From: Elsinoe ampelina
Lineage: Eukaryota
NCBI GenBank assembly: GCA_010093995.1
Contig: ML992501.1
Coordinates: 454,227-518,226, forward strand
DNA length: 64,000 bases
Reading direction: 5' to 3'
Both the position numbers and the translations under genes were made by a program. The notes under the pieces were generated by a model. It saw nothing but the letters and a program-made list of their open reading frames with translations. It had not been told where the DNA came from and searched no databases. Below, in pieces: positions 15,101 to 24,721 of this stretch. Each line of letters starts with the position of its first letter. Position 1 is the stretch's first letter.

Positions 15101-15563
15101 AGTTTACCTCCTTAGTAAAAACATTAAAACGAAACAACTAAGTAAGAAACTTAACTACACTAAACTAGGACTCTTTAGGATCCTAGAAAAGAAAAACAAG
15201 AACGTATATAAACTAGAACTACTAAGACATATAAGGATCTATCTAGTCTTTTATATATTACTACTAGAGAAAGCACTATAGAACGCTATACCTAGACCTA
15301 TTAAACTAGATAAAGAAACATAAGAGCTATAGTATAAGATAGAAAGAGTTTTATGTTATAAACTTATAAAAGAAAAACGCTACTATCTTATCCACTAGAA
15401 AGGACATTAGTATAGTAAGGCAATATAGGAACTAGAGGAATACCTTACCTCGTAAGTAATTCTAAATTACTAAACCGAAAACCTATTCTAAGTAAATCGA
15501 CTAGGTAGACCTAACGCTACTAACACTAAACAAAAACAAGAACGCTTAAGGAAGACTACTTAG
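12189..15563 (+). pseudogene. pol of element B (-1 frame; protease, RT, RNase H, integrase, chromodomain)
   Basis: VMPF(G)LTNAP ~13200, VYLD(N/D)III at 13290, E(T)DASDFA ~13734, NYDI(H)DKELL ~13845, integrase core ~14450-14800, chromodomain YYLIH(W)KG...T(W)E(P)EE ~15381-15440; frame is -1 relative to gag. Confidence 0.92.
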
Positions 15564-15577
15564 CCGATAGAAGCACC

Positions 15578-16108
15578 CTAATTGTCGCCGAATAAGGAAC
15601 CCTAGTCGAAGTTAGGCATAAATAATTACTAGTCCTATAGTAGGATAGGATCTACCGATAATAGCATTTCCTTCTACTCTAAGACTTAAATATAGGTCTT
15701 CTCTAGAGAGATTACTTTCTTCGCCTTGTTCTTTAACTTTTATATCTCTTTACATAGGTAAAGCTTATTGCCTATAGCTCTTTAATAAGCCTCTTTTACC
15801 TTTTTATAAGCTTCTTTAGCTTCCTTTCTAGTAGCCTTAGCTATAACTAATTCCTTTTACAAATAAATACACTTAGAATAGAGATGCTACTATTCCGATT
15901 TTGTTACCTAAATATTATAACTAGAGTAGTTACTTACGACATACTAGCTATAGATACCCGACCGAATATAGACCTTATAGTCTAGCCCCTTCGATTTGTA
16001 ACAAGAATAAGCCTATAGCATATTAGTTCTAAATAGTTTAATAAACTTTAAGAGATTCTTTCGTACAAATATGCTAGATTTACTATGCCTTTAACGACTA
16101 GGAGGCAT
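15578..16108 (-). pseudogene. antisense extra ORF of element B: Cys-rich (Zn-cluster-like) domain plus coiled coil
   Basis: Intact ATG at 16108 in frame with TAG at 15580-15578 (176 codons); internal stops are RIP-type; de-RIPed MPQACSxCKSKGLDCKVHIRSGICGQCVVSNHSGCNIQVTKSEW followed by an E/K/A-rich helix. Confidence 0.7.
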
Positions 16109-16182
16109 GTTTAGTATATAGCGCATAAAGATAGAGAAGAATACTTACTTGTTAGAACAACTTAATTAAAGAAGGAAAGTAA

Positions 16183-16646
16183 TATTATAAACTAGTAGGA
16201 CAAGCTAGAGCGTAGGGACGTTAGGACTAATTAAACTACTAAGGTTATTACGCGACCTAGCCCGACGTTTACTTAGTTCTCTATCTTCTCTAGCGGCTCT
16301 ACTCTAGAGACTATAGAGCATATAGGTTACTAGCGAACGTATACTCTGTCTTCTCTAGCGGCTCTACTACGAAGCATATAGAGTATATAGGGTACGTAGT
16401 AAAGAACATATGTATATAGGAATAGTCCTTACCTTATATAAGTACTATAGTTAACCTTGTCTAGATAGCGAACGCTAGTATTGCTAAGGCTAGCCTTTAT
16501 AATACTATCTAATTGTACTTTATTATCTATAAGATATATCTTCTCTAACTCTTACCTTAGTGCTATACTACTATAGAAGTAGAACTACCTTATTCTTAGC
16601 TTAGCTTAGACTACTAACGTAGGCTATATTTAGACAGTTCGTAACA
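16183..16646 (+). repeat. 3' LTR of element B
   Basis: Matches 9624-10087; followed by TSD TTAAC. Confidence 0.95.
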
Positions 16647-16832
16647 TTAACCTACATAGCGGTAGCAAGGATCTATTATAGTATACGCGGGAACTACGGT
16701 CGTAATAGCTTCTTCTTTAATTCTTTAATTCTTTATAAGTGGTAGTTATTAGTAGTTACGTAAGTAGTAGAATAACTAGATAATTTAATAGCTCTGTCGC
16801 TTAGTTATAGTTGTTTCGAAGTCTCGATATAG

Positions 16833-17024
16833 TAATTACAACTAGTAAGACAAGAGGTTAATTACGTCTATTTATTAAAATATCGAGACTTAGAAGAAGA
16901 AGAAGAAAAGCTAGTATACAAAGCACGCGTAATATCGAGAGCGAAGTAGCCGGAAGCCTAAGCTATAATACTAAGATTATGTAATTAATCTAAACTATAT
17001 CTAGTTTATATCTATCTCGCATTA
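16833..17024 (-). repeat. 5' LTR of element A
   Basis: Matches 3787-3978; followed by TSD AGAGT. Confidence 0.95.
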
Positions 17025-17424
17025 AGAGTGTCCTTTCTCCTTTACCTACTATATAGTATAGTATAGTAGATAATTCTCTTAGTCTCTTTACTAACTTTAA
17101 CTTTTAACCTCTAGCACGTAGAACAGATAGTAATAGTAATAGTAGGCTTAATAGTAACATATATAAGAAAGAGAAGGGTATAGACGAGGTTATAATAGGA
17201 AGTATATATAAGAAAGAGTAAGTAATTATAGTAAGTATAACTAGTAGTATATCTATAGAGCGGAGTACTAGAAGGTTATTCTTATTTAGTAGAGCTATAT
17301 CTAATTATACTATGTTCGAGATAGTAACTAGTATACTAGCTAGTAGCGAGGAGTTAGTAATAGACATAGTTTATTCTTAGTTTATATTAACTAATCTTAT
17401 CTAGATCTCCCTAAGTCTATAATA
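17025..17424 (+). repeat. Dispersed repeat (continues 3670-3786 across element A) matching ~24365-24875
   Basis: AGAGTGTCCTT...CTAAGTCTATAATA aligns base-for-base with 24476-24875; similarity continues left of element A at ~3670-3786. Confidence 0.9.
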
Positions 17425-17800
17425 TATTCTTTACCCCGAGCAATTAATAAGATATAGCTTAGCTAGGGACTCTTAGCTTAGCGCTCTAATGTTTAATAAA
17501 AGGCAAGCTACTAACTTAGATAGATAATTTTAATTCGAGTTAGGTCGTTATAGTAGAAGTACCTTCTAGTAGAATACACTTACTATAGACTACTAGCCTC
17601 TATATAATGTTCTAACAAATCTACTTCTACCTACGTAAGAGTACTAAAGATATATCTAAGTTACATACGCGAAGGCTATAGTAGTCTAACTAATAGCAAA
17701 ATAGTGTTTACTAGTAGAAAGCTTACTTAGCTTAAATTTAGTAGTGTAAATTATTACTTTACTCTATCTCTAGTATATTATATATAGTAATAGTAGAGAG

Positions 17801-18100
17801 TAGCTAGTAGAGGACAGCTAGTAGTTTATTACGTTAAACTAACAATTTCTTAGTTCTCTCTCTTAAAGTTTAAAGATAATTTAAAATTTTAACTTAACTA
17901 TAGCCGGCAGGGGATAGCTAGTAGTTTATCGCGTCGAACTAATAATGTTTTAGTTCTCTCTCTCGAAGTTTAAGAATAATCTAAAATTTCGACCTAACTA
18001 TAGCTAGTAGGGGATAGCTAGTAGTTTATTACGTCGAACTAATAATGTCTTAGTCCTCTCTCTCGAAGTTTAAGAATAATTTAAAATTTTAACCTAACTA
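17801..18100 (+). repeat. Tandem repeat, 3 x 100 bp
   Basis: Units start at 17801, 17901 and 18001 (TAGCYRGYAG...AACYTAACTA); differences mostly transitions. Confidence 0.95.
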
Positions 18101-20099
18101 GATTAAGTACTCCTCGGAACTTAATTATATAATACTATCTAATTATATTCTTCTCTAAAGTTAAGTATTATATATTTAGAGACTTATAATCTTTATAGTA
18201 TTATAAATATGTTATAAACCCTATTTGTAGCAATATAACTATATTATAGATACGATTTACTATAACACTTTAGTTTGTGCCCTTTACTTACACCGACCTA
18301 AATATAGGCGTTAGTATCTCTATTATAACCTTTTCTCTCCTCTCTATCTAACCTTAATAATAGCTAGCTATCTATTATAGTAGATCCCCTACCTAGTATA
18401 CTATAATTATCTATTGCTATATATACGATAGTAACTCTAATATTTACTCCTACCTTGCTATTGCTACTACTTCTAATAGTATTCTCTATACTAGCTATAT
18501 CGTGTTTATAGAATTAACTACTACTAGTACCTAGTAGTTACGCCGGAGTAAATCTATTATAGTATACCTCTCTATCTTACCTACTACGCCGCTATAGGCT
18601 TAAGGGTATATAAGGAGACTCTAATATCTCTTTCCCTCTCCCTACTACTACTGCCCTTTATAGCTTCCTTTATACTAGCTACGTATTATTAGTAGAATTA
18701 GCTACTATCTCTACCTAGTAGCTACGACTAAGTAAATCTATCGCGGAGTATCTCCCGATCTTATAGATAGTACTACTAGGGGTTCTAGCGTACGTAAAGA
18801 GAGTAGAGAAGCTAGTATCTACTAGGGATTATCTACCTTATAGTATAAAGATATTAAGGGGAGAATTATAGAGGAATAACTAGTATAACAAAGAGAAAGA
18901 GATAGAGGAATATCGTAGGTAAAGATATATCTACTACCTTCTACTAGATAGTAGCTTACTATAGAGAGCGTTATAGGCGAAGCTATACTAGTAGTATTCT
19001 CTCTCGCTATTACCTTCCTAGTAGAGCTAGGCGAGGAATAAAGCGTATTTATAATTATGTAGAATATACTATTAACTGCCTATTCTATAGAATATATAGT
19101 CTTTACTCTACCTTACTACTTAATTCTACATATAGTAATTATAAAGTCTAGATAATTAGATAGTAGTATATTACTTTCTTTGTTTCTTTACTAGTATCTA
19201 TAAGCTATACTATATACTATATATACTATGCCCTTTATTCCGCTATAGGCTACTAACTACCTTCTATTTATGTTCTATTACTATTGTCCTTTACATATAA
19301 ATACTAGTTTTACTATTAAAATATTGTTTAATTATTTTACGTTAACTACTACTATATTCTCTCTATTTATTAGACTATTATCCCTTAAGATCTACCCTAA
19401 ACACGACAATAGTATCCTTAGTATATATAGCATATAAAATAAAAGGTAACTAAGTATATAGACTATAGTTACTCTTAGTTTAGTATCTAAACTAAGTAAT
19501 TTACTATTATATATATGCTATATCTAGTATACTACTACGTACTTAGTTCGGGGCCTGACCTAAGTTAACTAAATTTAAGTTACTTCTCTCCTTAATTACT
19601 TTAGTTTACTTTTATTTATACTCTCTTATATATAAATAAATAACTTATATAGCTCTCTAGTATTTCTTTAACCTCTTTAATCTCTCTTTTAAGCGCTCTT
19701 TACTTAAATATCTCCTCTTTAGTTAAGTCTTAGTTAGGTATATATTATAAAGTATATAGACCTACTATGTTAATAAATTCTCTCCTTAATTCTTTTAAAC
19801 TTATAAATATATAATACCTTTACGGAATCTCTTCTTTAATATCTACTATATCTACTTAATCTATTTACTAAATATTATTCTAAGCTTTATTTATAGTATA
19901 TACTAAGCTTATAGACGTATATAATATATCTAAGAATTAGCCTAATAGCGCTAGTATAGCTACTAATAATATTCCGCTCTATAAAAGACCTCCTATAGAA
20001 ATTTAAGTATAGCTTAATAAAAACCTTAAGATTAAGAGATTCTTCCTTAAATTCTTTAACTAGAACAACAACTAGTACACCACTACACATATAAGAGCG

Positions 20100-23000
20100 T
20101 AGGAAGAATATAAGAATACCTATATAGTTCTAGGACTTAAATATAAAGAACCTTAGGATAGTAACGTTAATATAACTATAATTATAAATAACATTAAAAC
20201 TTCCCTATAATACTCTTAGGATAACTATACGAAGATCTTCTTTTAAAGACTATACTATTAAGACTAAGACTAGTTTAAGAGAAATATTAGAAACTATAAT
20301 AATATATCTAGTTATAATATTATTAAAGATTTTGTCCTTACTATTAAGGTATAAGAGCTTAGGAATAAGAAGAATTAGACTAAAGTAAATAAGAAGGCTT
20401 ATCTTAAGAAGTATATTAGAAAGCGCCCCTCTACTACCTAGTCTAATAGTAGACTCTCCGAAAGATTAGAGACTTCTATACTTAGTAGCGGACTTATAGG
20501 TATAGATATTAATTACTATACTAGTTAGCCTATATATTAGTAGTAAATGCTAAAGGACATGTCTTATCTAGTCTAGAGCATTATTAACAAAACTATATTA
20601 ACTTTATAATTGTTAAGTAATTAGATATTAGCCTAGGCATAATTATAAAGAGAGGATGTTTATATTATCTATAGGTATTTAGTCTAAGAATTTTAAAGTT
20701 ACATCCGGGGGATTATAATTTAAACGTATATAGCCTTAATAATATTAGGCTATTCCTAAAGGAGAAGAAGTTAGTTAGTAATAATATTATCCTTATATAG
20801 ATAGATTATATAGAGCTATATAACATCCTACCTATCTTAGATAACTACGACCTATATACTACTATAATTAACTATATTAACTCCCTAGTTAAAGGTAGTA
20901 ATATAATCTTTATCTATCTTATGCCTAGTATAGATCTAGTTAAGAAGCTCCCTAAAGAAGTACTTTATAAGTTTAATACTTAGTTCGACTTAGGTATATA
21001 CTAATATACTTAGTTAACTCTCTTTAGTATTGTAATAGTTAAAAGCTATTAACTCTAGTCTAGGAGAAAGAGGAAGAGGAACTTCTAGCCCCTCTATCTC
21101 TAGCTAAGCGCCTACTACTACGTAAACTTACCTCTAAGAAGTAACTTAGCTCTCTACTACCTAACAAGAATAATACTACTATTAACTATCGTCCTACTCA
21201 GGTAATAGAAGACAAATACTATAAGTAATACTAAGATAGCAATTAGTATCTCTTTATAATTATGCCTAGTAAGGAGCGAGTAAGGTACTATATTCTATTA
21301 GTCTCTAAGATACTATCTATACCTATTCTAGCGCTTATAACTTATATATTTAATAAGACTCTTAGTAGCTCGGACTTTGTTAAACTTTATACTATAAACA
21401 ATAACAATAACAAGTAAACTAGTAATAATCTAGCTAACTAAAGCTTTATCCCTATAGGCACTAGAATTAATTACTAGTCTAAAGAGTTCTAGGAGAGAGT
21501 CTATAACTTTATAAGCTTTAAGAAAGATATCTACTTACCGAACGCTAGTATATAGTATTTTAGTTAGAACAAGAAGTATCTAGTTAAGGTAGTATAGATA
21601 TACTTAGCACTTATTATACTTAAGAAATACCTCGAAGGCTACCTAGTATTTATATTTATATATAAGATAGAATTTAGAAAGACTCTAATAGAACTCTTCT
21701 TTCTCTTACTAATTTAGAACTTAAATAAAAAGGTTATCTAGGATACTAACTATACTACTATACCTAAGGATAAGTAGAGTAAGTACCGAAAGGCAAAGAT
21801 ACTAGTTAACGAGCTATAGCTAGATATCGCTTCTATAGATACTATTAGCTATAATCTAATTGTTAGCGGATTAAATATAATAAAATAGTAAGCGTAGGAG
21901 ATATAGAAGTTTATACCTAATATAAAGGTTATTCTATGCTAGGGAAGAATATTCTAAGCTATATAAGAAGACAAGTATAGTAACATATATAACATAGATA
22001 CTTTAATTTATAAAGAGGATCTACCTATAGGCTACTACTAATAGGAGTCTTAGCTAATAGATAAGTCTAGTAAGCCTATTAATACTATTATAGTCTTATA
22101 ACTAGTTAATATATATAAGTAACACTCTTAGACCTTATAGATAAATAATTAGTTCTTCTTTACTACTTATAACACTATAATCTACTACTTCCTTAGTAAG
22201 AACAATATAAATACTAAGGATTAGAACTTTGTTTCTAAGAGATAAAAGAGAAAGCTAGGGTCTACGCCTATAAACTAGGCCGCTGTTATCTTTAATAAGT
22301 TCTATTAGGTTACTAGCTAGAAGACGTAGACCTAGTATTATCTAGGAATACTACTAGAGAGGCTTTTTATACTAGGTATAAGTAGGACACTATTTGTTAA
22401 GTGCTTAAACGTAGTAGTGTTCTTAATAGCGGCTATATATAAGAACTTTAGATTAGAAAAGCTTAATATAAATAGAAGTAAAATAGGAGAATTAAATAAG
22501 AATTATATCTATAAATCTAAGTAGAAGCTAACTAAAACTAAGAATAATAAATGTTAAGTAACACTAAAGACAACACTAGATAAGACTTAATAAGCTATTA
22601 CTAATAAGCTTAACTTCTAAATAGTATTAGACTATACCTTCGTAATTGACAAATAGTATAAGGCAAATAATAACCCTAGTAAGTTTAATAAAAAGGAAAG
22701 TATATAGTTTATAGAAGAGATTATAGTAATAGTTAGTAAATAAGGTACTATCCTTATAAACATTCTTATTAAGATAAATATAGACTATATCTAGAAACCT
22801 TTTAATATTACTTCTAGTCTACTAGCTATTAGAGTTCTACTATATTCTACCTTCGACCTAGAAATTGCTATCGAGAATAAGTATCTTTATAGTCTTATAA
22901 ATATATAGAAGAAGATTAAATAGAATATAGATAAGAGTATATAAGAGGCAATTAACAGGTAAAAGGACAAATCTAATAAGCCTAAAGTAACATTAGAGGT

Positions 23001-23905
23001 AATCCTTAATAAGAAGACTAAGGAGTAAATACTAAGCTTAGTTATACTACTACTACTTTTCTCTATATTTCTTGCTCTTATAGATATATTCTAGAATAAT
23101 CCTATAGTTATAGAAGAGTTTAGCAACTTTACTATTAAGTTTACTTATAAAATTATATATAACTTCTTAGAGATAGTACTATAGTAGTATATAGATAAGA
23201 TCTATACTAGTCCTTAGATAAAGGTCCTTTATAGTGTTATTTCTAAGATTATTAAGTAGAACGTCTCCTATTTAAAGGAGCTAAAGAGGTAAGTAATTGT
23301 CTATATATTTACACTATTAGTGCTAGTAGTCGCTATAATAGTTAGTTCGGTCTATTTAGTCTATTTAGGTTATTACTAACAAGGGTATAGTATCTAAAAT
23401 AGCTCGAGAAGCACCTAGATAGTAAAGTAATTAGGATTAATAAGAATACTAATGTAGTTATTATCTACTATAGAATAATATCTATACCTGCCTATATAGA
23501 CATCGTTAATATAGCTATATCTAATAATACATTTATTAAACCTAATAGGCTAGAAGGCTTAAGAATCTTAATTGCCTAGGGTAGAGCTATTAAGACTAGT
23601 CTTAATCTAAACCGCTTCGATACTATAATCTTACTCGATATAGTATTAGTATTACGATCCGTCCTTTAGTATCTAGCTTAGGTCTATAGAAATATTAAGT
23701 CTTAGAAAGCTAACTATATAGAGGCGTTTATAATAAAGCTAATAGCTCTATTCTATAGGCCTCTAGAATAGCTTAATAGTAGATAGAGTAGGCTATTAAT
23801 AATATAGAAGATTATCTACGAGGAAATAGAGAAGTAGAGGGCAGAGATCTAGAAACTTTAATGAGCTATAGCGAAGAAGAACATAATTGTTATAGATAAT
23901 AATTA
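20100..23905 (+). pseudogene. RIP-destroyed SNF2-family helicase/ATPase
   Basis: De-RIPed motifs in order: Walker A (H)(E)(M)(G)F(G)KT at 21661, Walker B AAVIF(D)(E)F(H) at 22279-22305, motif III G(M)S(G)T(P)F at 22375-22395 (same frame); after a probable intron (~23384-23457), motif V T(G)LNL at 23595 and motif VI (Q)YLA(R)V(H)R at ~23667-23690. 5' end approximate. Confidence 0.8.
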
Positions 23906-24721
23906 AGATTACTAAATAATAGTTTAACTATATTACTTAAAAATATAATTCTTTAGTTTAGTAGACTAATTTAGTTCCCTATATATATTAAACTATCTTT
24001 TAGGTTACCTAATATAATATAGTATCTAAACGTTTCTTACTTTCTACTATTGCTAAAATTTAGCTAGCTAACTCTAACTACAAATTTAGATCTTAAGTAA
24101 TAAACACAAATATACTAAGGCGAATTAGTAAATGCTCGGCCTATAGGAAGATTATATAATCTAGTAGAGGCCTTGTCTAATATCTACTATATTACTAGAG
24201 AAAAGAGCTACTAATAAGTAACATAGTATAAGTCTTACTAGAGTAACATAGCAATAGACATCTACGTAGAGATAACGCTAGTAATAATCCTTACTTATTT
24301 AATAAGGGAGAGTACTTACTATCTAATAAAGGCTAATAAGGTAGTATTACTAGTAATACACGATATAGTTCGCTAATGCTAAATAACCTACTAGTCTACT
24401 TTACTCCGCTACGAATAACAGTAACTAAGAATTAAACTAAACACTAGAGTAGAAACGAAAGTCTATAGCTAGCGGAGAGTGTCCTTCTCCCTTTGCCTAC
24501 TATATAGTATAGCATAGCGGATAATTCTCTTAGTCTCTTTACTAACCTTAACTCTCGACCTCTAGTACGTAGAATAGATAGTAATAGTAATAGTATACTC
24601 GATAGTAACGTATATAAGAAAGAGAAGAGCATAGACAAGGTTATAATAGGAGATATATACGAGGAAGAGTAAGTAATTATAGTAAGTATAACTAGTAGTA
24701 TATCTATAGGGCGGAGTACTA

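Larger units (their letters stand above)
9624..16646 (+). mobile_element. Ty3/Gypsy chromovirus LTR retrotransposon B, nested in the 5' leader of element A (RIP-inactivated)
   Basis: 464-bp LTRs 9624-10087 (TGTTATA...CGTGACA) and 16183-16646; TSD TTAAC at 9619-9623 and 16647-16651; PPT AAAGAAGGAAAG before the 3' LTR. Confidence 0.96.
3787..17024 (-). mobile_element. Ty3/Gypsy chromovirus LTR retrotransposon A (RIP-inactivated, interrupted by element B)
   Basis: 192-bp direct repeats 3787-3978 and 16833-17024; 5-bp TSD AGAGT at 3782-3786 and 17025-17029; polypurine tract (minus strand) at ~3979-3993; gag-pol motifs on the minus strand. Confidence 0.95.

Noticed and set aside
17801..18100. CRISPR-like array
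   Set aside because: Units are contiguous with no unique spacers, and the context is eukaryotic.
19541..19566. Imperfect hairpin ACTTAGTTCGGG-GC-CTGACCTAAGT as a Helitron 3' end
   Set aside because: No CTRR|T terminus at the expected spacing and no Rep/helicase (HUH/Pif1) motifs; the nearby helicase is SNF2-type.
19887..24638. Track ORFs 19887-20090 and 24444-24638 as real genes
   Set aside because: Chance stop-free stretches with I/Y/L/K-rich RIP composition; the second is antisense to the Plavaka 5' region.
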